Source: Alphaproteobacteria bacterium
GTDB lineage: Bacteria > Myxococcota_A > UBA796 > GCA-2862545
Assembly: GCA_020632875.1 (NCBI GenBank)
Contig: JACKET010000025.1
Location: forward strand, 312 to 64,311
Reading direction: 5' to 3'
Length of the DNA stretch: 64,000 nt
In this document: piece by piece, positions 15,399 through 24,095 of the stretch
Position numbering within the stretch: the first letter of the stretch is position 1
Layout of the letters: each line of letters opens with the position of its first letter
Translations under genes and position numbers: made by a program
The notes under the pieces: generated by a model
Databases searched by the model: none
What the model saw: the letters and a program-made list of their open reading frames with translations, nothing else
Told to the model about the DNA's origin: nothing

Positions 15399-17036
15399 AT
15401 GTCGTCCGCACGTCCCGCCTGGTGGATCGCCCTCGCGTTCGCATGTGCGTTCGCGCTCGCGGCGATCGCGCCTGCCCCGTGGCCCTCCGGCCCCGCGTGG
15501 CTGGCGATCACCGGGCCCGACGGGGCCGTCCGGTTCCCCGTCGAGCTCGGAGTGGACGGGGTGGTCGAAGCGCAGGACGGGGCCTGGCACGCGCGATGGA
15601 CCCAGCGCGACGGGGCCATCGCGATCGACGTCGAGAACGGCGAGGCACCCCTGCAGCTCGGCGACATCCGGATCGGGATCGAGCTGACCGACGGGCGGGA
15701 CGCCCTGATCCCCGCCGTCCACGCGCGGGACGGCGTGCTGCACGCCGAGCGCCGCCTGCCCGTGCGGAGCGCGCTGGTGCTCGGGCTGCTCGGGCTCGTC
15801 GTCGTGCTGTGGCTCAGCGAGACCCTGCCGCTGTGGGTCACGTCGATCGGCATCCCCGTGGTGCTCGTGGCAGGCGGGATGGCGACGGCCAGCGGTGCGC
15901 TCGCGCCGTTCTTCCACCCGATCATCGCGCTGTTCCTCGCCGGGTTCGCCCTGGCCGACGCGCTCTCGCAGGCGGGCCTCGACCGGCGCGTGGCCCTCGC
16001 GCTGGTCGCAGGCGCCGGGGGCCATCCGGCGCGCCTGTTCGCTGCGATGCTCGCGCTCAGCGCGCTGCTGTCGATGTTCATGAGCAACACGGCCGCAGCC
16101 GCGATGCTCGTGCCGATGGCCATCGCCGTGAGCCAGCCGCTCGGGGAGCGGGGCGCGGGCTTCCGGCGCGCCTCGGTGCTCGGGATCGCCTACGCGGCCA
16201 CGCTCGGCGGGGTCGGCAGCGCCATCGGGACCCCAGCGAACCCGCTCGCCATCGAGTTCCTCGCGCGCTCCGGCCGCGACGTGGGCTTCGTGGGCTGGTT
16301 CCTGTACGGCCTGCCGATGGTGGCGCTGTTCCTGCCGGTGATCGGGCTGTGGGTGTGGTGGTGGTTCGGAGCCGCGGCCTCCGGCGGGTTCGAGCTCGGC
16401 GCGGCGTCGGGCGATCCGCTGCCCCCGCTCACGCGCCGGGAGCGGCGGGTCTCCGCCGTGTTCGTGCTCGTCGTGCTCGGCTGGCTCACGGAGTCGCTGC
16501 ACGGCGTCCATCCGGGGCTCGTGGGGCTCGGCGGGGTCGTGCTGCTGAACGCGCTCGGCTGCTTCGACACGGCCGGGCTCGGGCGGCTGGACTGGGGCGC
16601 CCTGCTGACCTTCGGCGGCGGCCTGACGCTCGGCGCGACGCTGTCCGACACGGGCACGGCGGACTGGATCGCGACGCGCCTCGAGTCCTTCGCCGCGCTC
16701 CCGCCGATGGCCGGGGTCGTCGCGGTGGGCGTGCTGGCGCTGGTGCTCACGGCGGTGGCGTCGAACACGGCCTCGGCGGCGATCCTCATCCCGCTGGCGA
16801 TCCCGCTCGCGAGCGTGCTGGGCGTCGACCCGGTGCTGCTCGTGATGGTGGTGACCATCGCGTCGTCCATCGATTTCGCGCTCGTCATCGGCACGCCGCC
16901 CACGATGGTGGCCTACAGCACCGGCGAGGTGACGGCCGGCGAGATCTTCCGCGTCGGCATCGCCCTCGACCTGCTCGGCCTGGCGGTGCTGCTCACGGCG
17001 GTGGTGGGCTGGTGGACCCTGCTCGGGCTCGTGTGA
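15399..17036 (+). CDS. DASS/SLC13-family anion:Na+ symporter with about 120-aa N-terminal extension
   Basis: The polytopic core contains FMSNTAAAAMLVPMA and AVASNTASAAILIPLA, the duplicated SNT hairpin motifs. The N-terminal 120 aa has no match that I recognise. Confidence 0.8.
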   Translation: MSSARPAWWIALAFACAFALAAIAPAPWPSGPAWLAITGPDGAVRFPVELGVDGVVEAQDGAWHARWTQRDGAIAIDVENGEAPLQLGDIRIGIELTDGRDALIPAVHARDGVLHAERRLPVRSALVLGLLGLVVVLWLSETLPLWVTSIGIPVVLVAGGMATASGALAPFFHPIIALFLAGFALADALSQAGLDRRVALALVAGAGGHPARLFAAMLALSALLSMFMSNTAAAAMLVPMAIAVSQPLGERGAGFRRASVLGIAYAATLGGVGSAIGTPANPLAIEFLARSGRDVGFVGWFLYGLPMVALFLPVIGLWVWWWFGAAASGGFELGAASGDPLPPLTRRERRVSAVFVLVVLGWLTESLHGVHPGLVGLGGVVLLNALGCFDTAGLGRLDWGALLTFGGGLTLGATLSDTGTADWIATRLESFAALPPMAGVVAVGVLALVLTAVASNTASAAILIPLAIPLASVLGVDPVLLVMVVTIASSIDFALVIGTPPTMVAYSTGEVTAGEIFRVGIALDLLGLAVLLTAVVGWWTLLGLV

Positions 17037-17376
17037 GCGCGGCCTCGAGCTCCACGACCCCGTCCTCCCCCACCGCATCGACGAGCGCCGCGTGCAGGGC
17101 GTCGACGTGGAGCTGCAGGTCGTGGCCCTCGTCCACGGCGAGGCGGACGAGCTCGCGGGCCGCGAAGAGCCGCTCGGGCGCGGTGTCGCCGAACCGCTGC
17201 CCGATGAGGCGCACGACCATCGACGGCGGGAGCGAGCCGAGCACGCGGAGCTTCATCCCGGCGAGCGCTTCGAGCTCCGCGTCGATGGCCTCGTCGCGCT
17301 GCTCGGCACCGAGCGCGTTCGCGAGGGCCCGCGCGAGCTGGTGGATCTGTTGGAGGAGCCAGTCGGTCCGATACAT
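16993..17376 (-). CDS. Hypothetical helical protein
   Basis: The 127-aa ORF has plausible composition (MYRTDWLLQQIHQLARALANALG...). It converges on and overlaps the transporter 3' end by 44 nt. Confidence 0.45.
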   Translation of the reverse strand: MYRTDWLLQQIHQLARALANALGAEQRDEAIDAELEALAGMKLRVLGSLPPSMVVRLIGQRFGDTAPERLFAARELVRLAVDEGHDLQLHVDALHAALVDAVGEDGVVELEAALTRARAGSTSPPPP

Positions 17377-17490
17377 CCCGCGAAGCTGGCCACCGCACGG
17401 GAGACGTCAACCCCGCCGTACACGGACGATTCACACCGTTTCGAAGCCGCTGCGACACCCGGGCGCGAGACAGGGGCAGGAGGTTCCCCC

Positions 17491-18156
17491 ATGGTCCGCA
17501 CCCTCGCCCTCACCCACGACCGCTGGGCCCGCAGCGTCGATCCGTACCGCCCGGCGCTCGAGCTCGGCGCCGTCGCCGTCACGGCCGCGCTGCACCTGGC
17601 CTGGCCGCTCACGGAGCTCTCGCGCGCGTTCCTCGTCATCCCGCTGGTGGCGTGGTGGGCGGGGTACCTCGCGCTGCGCTGGAAGGTCGATCCCGACGCC
17701 GTGGCCGCGCTCGGCCTGCGCCGCGAGGGCCTGAAGCAGTCGGCGCTGGCGTGCGCGGCGCTGCTCGCGGTCGCGGGGCCGGCGATGGTGGGCTGGGGCC
17801 TGCTGCACGGCGCCGAGGTGCCGTGGACGACGTGGCTCACGCTGCTCGTCTACCCGGTCTGGGGGCTCGTCCAGCAGCTGCTCGTCCAGGGGCTGGTGAC
17901 CGCGAACCTGCGCCGGCTGGCGCCCGCGGCCGTGGCGGTCTTCGTCTCCGCCGCGCTGTTCGGGCTCGTGCACTGGCCCCACGGCGTGCTGATGGTGGCG
18001 ACGTTCGCGCTCGGGCTGGTGTTCGGTCCGCTCTACCTGAAGCACCGCAACCTGTGGGCGCTCGGCGTGGCACACGGCTGGCTCGGCACCCTCATCTACA
18101 CGTTCGTGCTGATGCGGGACCCGCTCGCCGAGTACCTCACCGGGCTCGCGCTCTGA
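17491..18156 (+). CDS. CPBP-family intramembrane glutamic endopeptidase (CAAX protease/Abi-like)
   Basis: The product is a multi-pass membrane protein. It contains YPVWGLVQQLLVQGLV and SAALFGLVHWPH, positions that resemble the conserved CPBP motifs. Confidence 0.6.
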   Translation: MVRTLALTHDRWARSVDPYRPALELGAVAVTAALHLAWPLTELSRAFLVIPLVAWWAGYLALRWKVDPDAVAALGLRREGLKQSALACAALLAVAGPAMVGWGLLHGAEVPWTTWLTLLVYPVWGLVQQLLVQGLVTANLRRLAPAAVAVFVSAALFGLVHWPHGVLMVATFALGLVFGPLYLKHRNLWALGVAHGWLGTLIYTFVLMRDPLAEYLTGLAL

Positions 18157-18159
18157 CGG

Positions 18160-20553
18160 TCAGGCGCGCTCGGCCTCGGTGATGACCTTCAGGCCGTGCG
18201 GGACCGCGTCCGGCGTGAGGCTCACCGACGAGATGCCCTTCGACACCAGGAACGCCGCGAACGCGGGGTGATCGGAGGGTGCCTGCCCGCAGATGCCCAC
18301 CGGGGCGCCCGCTTCGTGCGCCGCGTCGAGGAGCATCGAGACGGCCTTCTGGAGCGCGGGGCCGTCGTCGTCGAACAGGTGCGCGACCTCCTTCGAGTCG
18401 CGATCGACGCCGTACACGAGCTGCGTCAGGTCGTTCGACCCGATCGAGAAGCCGTCGAACAACGCCGCGAACTCCTTCGCCAGCAGCACGTTCGCCGGGA
18501 TCTCGGCCATCACCCAGACCTTCAGCCCGCCGCGCCCGCGCTCCAGCCCGCCGGACGCGAGCACGTCGAGCACGGCCTTCCCCTCCTCCGGGGTCCGGCA
18601 GAACGGCACCATCACGTGCAGGTTGTCGAGCCCCATGTCCTCCCGGACGTGCTTGACGGCGGCCACCTCGAGCAGGAACGCCTCGCGGAACCGCTCGTCG
18701 TAGTACCGGGACGCGCCGCGCCACCCGATCATCGGGTTCTCTTCGCGCGGCTCGAGCGCCGCCCCGCCGAGCAGGCCGGCGTACTCGTTGGTCTTGAAGT
18801 CCGAGAAGCGCACGATCACGGGACGCGGGTTGAAAGCGGCAGCGAGCGTCGCCATGCCCTCGGCGAGCAGGTCGCGGTACCACGCGGACGGTTCCTTGCC
18901 GCCACACTTCGCGAGGAGCGCGGCGCGCTCGGCCTCGTCGAGCCGCTCGGGATGCAGGGTCGCCGTCGGATGGACGCCGATCCACGACGACAGGATGAAC
19001 TCCATCCGCGCGAGCCCCACGCCGTCGACCGGCAGGCGCGACAGGTCGAACGCCGTGTCGGGGTCGCCGGCGTTCACCATGACCTTCGTGCGCAGCGAGA
19101 CGGGACGCTCGATGGGCACCTCCTCCACCGTGGCATCGATCCGGCCGCGGTACACGCGTCCCGTCGATCCCTCGGCACAGCTGACCGTCACGTCCCCCTC
19201 GCCCGCGAGGGCCCGCATCGCGCCCTCCGCGCCGACGATGGCGGGCAGCCCGTGCTCGCGCGCGACGATCGCGGCGTGCGACGTGCGGCCGCCGCGCTCG
19301 GTGATGATCGCGGCGCAGCGCTTCATCACCGGCTCCCAGTCGGGGTCGGTGCTCTCCGCCACCAGCACGTCGCCGTCCTGCACCCGATCCATGTGCTCGG
19401 GCCCCTGCACGACGCGCACCGGCCCGAACGCCACCTCCGAGCCCACCGCGAGGCCCTCGATCAGCGGTGGGCCGCCGGCCGAGACCTGCCAGCGCCGCAT
19501 CACGAGGTCGCGGTTGCGCGCGTGGACGGTCTCGGGGCGCGCCTGCACGACGTAGAGGTCGCCGGTGACGCCGTCCTTCGCCCACTCGATGTCCATCGGC
19601 ACGTCGCGGCCGGCCTTCCGGGAGAAGTGCTGCTCGATCCGCACGCCCCAGCGGGCGAGGGCGAGCACGTCCTCGTCGGAGAGCGTCCACTGCGCGCGCC
19701 GCTCGGCCGAGACCTCGCGCTCGACGGGGTGCTGGTCGGCGCCGAGCACCATCTCGACGCGCTTGCTGCCGAGCTGGCGGCGCACGATGGGCGAGAACCC
19801 ACGCTCGACCGTGCGCTTGTGCACATGGAAGGCGTCGGGGACCACACGCCCCTGCACGACGGTCTCGCCGAGGCCCCAGGCGCTCGTGACGTACACCACG
19901 CCCGGGTGGCCGGAGTCGGGATCGAGGGTGAACAGCACGCCCGAGCAGCCCACGTCCGAGCGCACCATCTGCTGCACGCCCACCGACAGCGCGACGTCGA
20001 GGTGCCGGAACCCGTGCTCGGTGCGGTAGCTGATGGCCCGGGCCGTGAAGAGGCTCGCGAAGCAGCGCCGCACCGCGTCGACCACGTCGTCGGCGCCGAC
20101 CACGTAGAGGTACGTCTCCTGCTGGCCCGCGAAGCTCGCGGTCGGCAGATCCTCGGCCGTGGCCGAAGAGCGCACTGCCGTGGCCGCGTCGTCGACCCCG
20201 GCGCGGTGCGACAGCTCCGCGTAGGCGGCGCGGATCCCGAGCTCGAGGTCTTCGGGGAACGCGCCCCCCAGGATGTGCTCGCGGATGGTGCGCGCCCGTT
20301 GCTCGAGGGCGTTCACGTCGCGGGTGTCGAGGCCCTCGAGGGCATCCGCGATGCGCACGACGAGCCCGTTGTGGTCGAGGAACCGACGGTAGGCGGAGGC
20401 CGTGACGGCGAAGCCGCCCGGCACGCGGACCCCGGCGGCCGTCAGCTCGCCGATGAGCTCGCCGAGCGCGGAGTTCTTGCCCCCCACGAGCGCCACGTCG
20501 GAGGAGCGGAGGTTCTCGAACCACAGGATGGGAGCGTTGGGATCAGCGGGCAT
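18160..20553 (-). CDS. ppsA: Phosphoenolpyruvate synthase
   Basis: The product is 797 aa. It contains VGGKNSALGEL, AVRSSATAEDLPTASFAGQQETYL, GGRTSHAAIVAREHGLPAIVG (the phosphohistidine loop) and a C-terminal PEP-utilising TIM barrel (GFSIGSNDLTQL). Confidence 0.95.
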   Translation of the reverse strand: MPADPNAPILWFENLRSSDVALVGGKNSALGELIGELTAAGVRVPGGFAVTASAYRRFLDHNGLVVRIADALEGLDTRDVNALEQRARTIREHILGGAFPEDLELGIRAAYAELSHRAGVDDAATAVRSSATAEDLPTASFAGQQETYLYVVGADDVVDAVRRCFASLFTARAISYRTEHGFRHLDVALSVGVQQMVRSDVGCSGVLFTLDPDSGHPGVVYVTSAWGLGETVVQGRVVPDAFHVHKRTVERGFSPIVRRQLGSKRVEMVLGADQHPVEREVSAERRAQWTLSDEDVLALARWGVRIEQHFSRKAGRDVPMDIEWAKDGVTGDLYVVQARPETVHARNRDLVMRRWQVSAGGPPLIEGLAVGSEVAFGPVRVVQGPEHMDRVQDGDVLVAESTDPDWEPVMKRCAAIITERGGRTSHAAIVAREHGLPAIVGAEGAMRALAGEGDVTVSCAEGSTGRVYRGRIDATVEEVPIERPVSLRTKVMVNAGDPDTAFDLSRLPVDGVGLARMEFILSSWIGVHPTATLHPERLDEAERAALLAKCGGKEPSAWYRDLLAEGMATLAAAFNPRPVIVRFSDFKTNEYAGLLGGAALEPREENPMIGWRGASRYYDERFREAFLLEVAAVKHVREDMGLDNLHVMVPFCRTPEEGKAVLDVLASGGLERGRGGLKVWVMAEIPANVLLAKEFAALFDGFSIGSNDLTQLVYGVDRDSKEVAHLFDDDGPALQKAVSMLLDAAHEAGAPVGICGQAPSDHPAFAAFLVSKGISSVSLTPDAVPHGLKVITEAERA

Positions 20554-20724
20554 GGGGGACCTCCGTACGCCGGGGCGCAGGTGCACGGCCCGTGCCAGTC
20601 GATACCCCGACGGGGCCTCGCGCACACGGTTCCTCCAGGTACGCCCTCGGATGACGCGTTGGCGCGACCGCGATGGATCGCATAGACGCGCGGCGTTCTG
20701 TCCGTTCTGTCTCTGGAGGACCGT

Positions 20725-21381
20725 ATGTCCACCACCAAGGCCGCCGCCGTCGTCGTCGCCCTCGCTTCGGGCACCTGCAACTCCGCCGACGAGCCCGCGC
20801 CGCCCGCCGCTCCGACCTATGCGTGCGCGAACGCGTTCGACGTCGGCTGTCGGTACCGCGCCGACGTGAGCGTCACCGGGGGAACCCTCGTCGACGCCGC
20901 CATCGCGCCCCTCCCGGACTGGGGTGTCGCGAGCAGCGGCACGTTCACGGGCCTCTCGGGCACCGTCACGCTGACGGACGCCCAGGGCATCGACCCCGCC
21001 GTGACGTGCGGATTCACCGTCGACCTCGCCTTCCACTCCGACATCCAGGGCGGGCGTTCGGTGGTGTCCGTCGACGGCCAGCCGACGCTCTCGGCCGGGT
21101 GCCCGGCGACCTGCGCCTGGTTCCTGCCGACCGGCGGCGACTTCGCATCCGAGGGCGGGCAGTTCCGGCTGAAGATGTTCGAGGGCCAGTGGGAGCTCGA
21201 GCTCGGCGCGTCCGACCCGGACGAGCCCGAGTACGGCCCGCTGTGGCTCTACACCGGGCAGAGCGCGGTGGAGTTCGGCGAGGGCGTCGCGCTCACCGCG
21301 CCGGTGGGCGTGGCCGGGGGCGCGTGGGCCGTGCCGATGGCCGCTCCGCCCGGCAGCCACCCCGACGACGTCTGCCTCTGA
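20725..21381 (+). CDS. Hypothetical exported protein
   Basis: A GGAGG RBS precedes MSTTKAAAVVVALASGTC, a signal-like N-terminus. G/C third-position bias is high. Confidence 0.55.
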   Translation: MSTTKAAAVVVALASGTCNSADEPAPPAAPTYACANAFDVGCRYRADVSVTGGTLVDAAIAPLPDWGVASSGTFTGLSGTVTLTDAQGIDPAVTCGFTVDLAFHSDIQGGRSVVSVDGQPTLSAGCPATCAWFLPTGGDFASEGGQFRLKMFEGQWELELGASDPDEPEYGPLWLYTGQSAVEFGEGVALTAPVGVAGGAWAVPMAAPPGSHPDDVCL

Positions 21382-21382
21382 T

Positions 21383-23008
21383 TCAGAGCGGGAACTCGCG
21401 CCTCGGGTCGGTGCCGCTGAACGTGGTCTCGAACACGACCCGCAGGCCCTTCTCGCTGGCGGGCCCGTCGAAGCAGAGCGGCCCCTCGACCTTCTGGTGC
21501 GGCCCGAACGACGCGGTGGGCCGGAGCGAGCCCTGGAGCGCCATGTGGCACCCGAGCGCCGCGTCGTACTCGGTGCCGTCGGGGCCGACGAGCGACCACG
21601 GGAAGCCCGGATCGACCTCGTGATCCAGCAGGTTCTCGGCGGTCACGTCGACGATGTAGAGCCTGCCGCCGGGATTCTCGGGCGCATAGCGCAGCACGCC
21701 GTTCCGCACGCTCGTCTCGGTGCGGTAGCGATGGACCTCGATCCTCCACTCTGGCGCGCGGGGCGCGTCGACGCGCTGCACCCGCTCGCCCACCAGCACC
21801 TCGTCGAGGCCTTCGAGCTCGTCGAGGCCCTCGAGCTCGTCGAACCCGTCGAAGCCCTCGAGGTCGACGACGATCCCGGTGTCGACCTCACCTGCCGTCA
21901 GGGCGACCAGCGCGACGGCCCCTCCCGACAGCAGCACGCTGCCGACGACCGCGATCAGGGCGACCAGGAGCGCGACGACGGCGAGCGCGAGCGCGAAGAT
22001 CGGCAGTCCCAGCCCGGACCGCTGGGGCGGCACGGGCGGCGGAGGGGATACCGGACGCGGCTCGGGCACCGGACGCGGTTCGGGCACCGGGTGCGGCTCG
22101 GGCACCGGATGCGGCTCGGGCGGCGGGATGGCGACGGTCTCGGCGGCGGCCTGCTTCGGCGCGAGGGGCTCGGGCGCGTCGCCACCGTCGAGGAGCGCGA
22201 GCAGCGCCGCGCAGTCGGGCGCACGCTGGGCCACGTCGGGCACGAGGGCCGCGCGGATGGCGTTCTCGACGTGGCGCGGCACGCCGGGCTCGACGTCGCG
22301 GGGCGGGGTGTAGTCGCCGCGCACGATGGCCCCGAGCACCGAGAGCATGTTGTCGCCCGGGAACGCGCGCCGGCCGCAGAACAGCTCGTACAGCACGCAC
22401 CCGAGCGCGAACACGTCGGCGCGCTGGTCGACGCCGGCCGCGTCGTTCGCCTGCTCGGGCGGCATGTACGCGGGCGTGCCGAGCGCGAGGCCCGCCTTCG
22501 TGCCCGGCTGCGTGCGGTCCGAGAAGTACTCGCCGAGCACCTTCGCGATGCCGAAGTCGGCGACCTTCGGGAGGTATCCGCCGTCGAACGGCGCCATCAG
22601 GATGTTGTCGGGCTTGATGTCGCGGTGCACGAGCCCGCGCTTGTGGGCATACGCGACGGCGCCGAGGATCTCGCGGAACCACGCCTCGGCGACCTCGAAC
22701 GAGGGTCGCTCCGCCGCGAGCAGGTCGGCGAGGGACGGCCCGTCGACGAGCTCCATCACGAGCGCGGGGTGCCCGTCGACCTCGATGACGTCGGTGACCG
22801 AGACGATGTTGGGGTGCCGGAGCGACGCCTGGATCCGGCCTTCCTGCAGCAGCCGCTTCCGGATGCTCTTCGAGGTCAGGTCGAGCACCTTCACCACGTG
22901 CGTGCTGTCGAGCTGCAGGTGGCGGACGCGGTACACGGTCGCGGTGCCGCCCTGACCGAGCACCTCTTCGATCACGTACCGTTCGGCGATGGTCTGGCCG
23001 GCGTACAC
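21383..23008 (-). CDS. Ser/Thr protein kinase with Pro-rich linker, one TM helix and an extracytoplasmic C-terminal domain
   Basis: Kinase motifs are GQGGTATVYRV, VVKVL, HRDIKPDNIL, DFGIAK and GTPAYMPPE. PEPHPVPEPHPVPEPRPVPEPRPV repeats and a TM segment (LPIFALALAVVALLVALIAVVG) follow. Confidence 0.9.
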   Translation of the reverse strand: MYAGQTIAERYVIEEVLGQGGTATVYRVRHLQLDSTHVVKVLDLTSKSIRKRLLQEGRIQASLRHPNIVSVTDVIEVDGHPALVMELVDGPSLADLLAAERPSFEVAEAWFREILGAVAYAHKRGLVHRDIKPDNILMAPFDGGYLPKVADFGIAKVLGEYFSDRTQPGTKAGLALGTPAYMPPEQANDAAGVDQRADVFALGCVLYELFCGRRAFPGDNMLSVLGAIVRGDYTPPRDVEPGVPRHVENAIRAALVPDVAQRAPDCAALLALLDGGDAPEPLAPKQAAAETVAIPPPEPHPVPEPHPVPEPRPVPEPRPVSPPPPVPPQRSGLGLPIFALALAVVALLVALIAVVGSVLLSGGAVALVALTAGEVDTGIVVDLEGFDGFDELEGLDELEGLDEVLVGERVQRVDAPRAPEWRIEVHRYRTETSVRNGVLRYAPENPGGRLYIVDVTAENLLDHEVDPGFPWSLVGPDGTEYDAALGCHMALQGSLRPTASFGPHQKVEGPLCFDGPASEKGLRVVFETTFSGTDPRREFPL

Positions 23009-23028
23009 GCTGAAGCTCTATCCGGCCG

Positions 23029-23433
23029 TCAGCCCGTCGCTTCGAGGATTTCGAGCAGGTAGTCGAGCAGGTCCTCGGCGGTCACGATGCCGACGAGCTC
23101 GTGGGTCCACACCGGGATGGCGCCCACGCGGAAGTCGCGCAGCGTGCGGATCGCCGTGGTCGCGGGCGTGTCGGGGTCCATCCCGAACAGCGTCTCGGAG
23201 CAGTACCAGGACACCGGGTCGTAGAGCATGCGGGCCGCGTCGCCCTCGATCTCGAGCGTGCGCTTCACCGGGCGGAGATCGCGGTCGGACAGCATCGCGA
23301 CCAGCTCTCCCCCCTTCACCACCGGCAGGTGCCGGATCCGGTGGGCCTGCATCAGCTCGAGGGCATCCTTCACCGTCGCGGTGTAGTCGACGGTGATGGG
23401 GTCGGCGGACATCAGGTCGCGGAGCGTCTTCAT
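23029..23433 (-). CDS. CBS-pair domain protein
   Basis: The sequence begins MKTLRDLMSADPITV and contains HRIRHLPVVKGGELVAMLSDRDL and VGAIPVW. Confidence 0.8.
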   Translation of the reverse strand: MKTLRDLMSADPITVDYTATVKDALELMQAHRIRHLPVVKGGELVAMLSDRDLRPVKRTLEIEGDAARMLYDPVSWYCSETLFGMDPDTPATTAIRTLRDFRVGAIPVWTHELVGIVTAEDLLDYLLEILEATG

Positions 23434-23498
23434 GGCTCTCTCCCGGGATGCCGAAGGCTCCCACGGACGCCGCCCGGTGTCCACGACCCCCGCGGCGG

Positions 23499-23897
23499 TC
23501 AGCGCCGCGCGACGATCGCGGCCGTCCAGCGCAGCTCGTTCGCGAACGAGGGCGGGAGCGCGCCATCGAGCTGCCCGGCGAGCGCGCTGGCCTCGTCGAC
23601 GGACTGCACGCGCCCCTCGAGCGCCAGCCCCCCCGCGGCATTGGCGAACCGCACGACGCCCTCCTCGAAGCGGGCCGGCACGCACGAGTCGATCCGCAGC
23701 TTCCCACCCGGGACGCGCAGCTCGAGGTCGTAGCAGGCCCTGAGGTCGTCGCCCTCCCGTCGGATCTCGACCGACCCCGTGCCCGTCACGCCCTCCCCTT
23801 CGAGCTCGACCTCCCACGTGCCCTCGGGGGCCAGGACCTCCTGCGCATGGGCCGGGGGTACGGAAACGAGGAGCAGGAGCGGAGCGAGGAACGGCAC
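23499..23897 (-). CDS. Hypothetical secreted protein
   Basis: A GTG start gives (M)PFLAPLLLLVSVPPAHAQEV, a signal peptide with an AHA-Q cleavage-like site. The protein is 132 aa. Confidence 0.5.
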   Translation of the reverse strand: MPFLAPLLLLVSVPPAHAQEVLAPEGTWEVELEGEGVTGTGSVEIRREGDDLRACYDLELRVPGGKLRIDSCVPARFEEGVVRFANAAGGLALEGRVQSVDEASALAGQLDGALPPSFANELRWTAAIVARR

Positions 23898-24095
23898 GGC
23901 TTGATCTCCATGCCGGAACTGTAGACCGGTGGCCCGTGGAAACGGCCGTCCGGGCGACGTCAGCGCGATGACCGTTCGGATCGTCAAAACACTGTCATGC
24001 GGAGACTTCGCACCAACCACACGCACACGGGCTGGTACGATCTCCGTGCGCTCGTCGAGCGTGCTTTTTCTTGGTTGTGTCTTTGTGAGGTTGTG

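Noticed and set aside
24025-24045. A possible sigma-54 promoter (TGGTAC...GTGC) upstream of the S1 protease gene, in the lower-GC leader at 23940-24095.
   Set aside because: The GG-to-GC spacing does not fit the TGGCAC-N5-TTGC geometry when counted.
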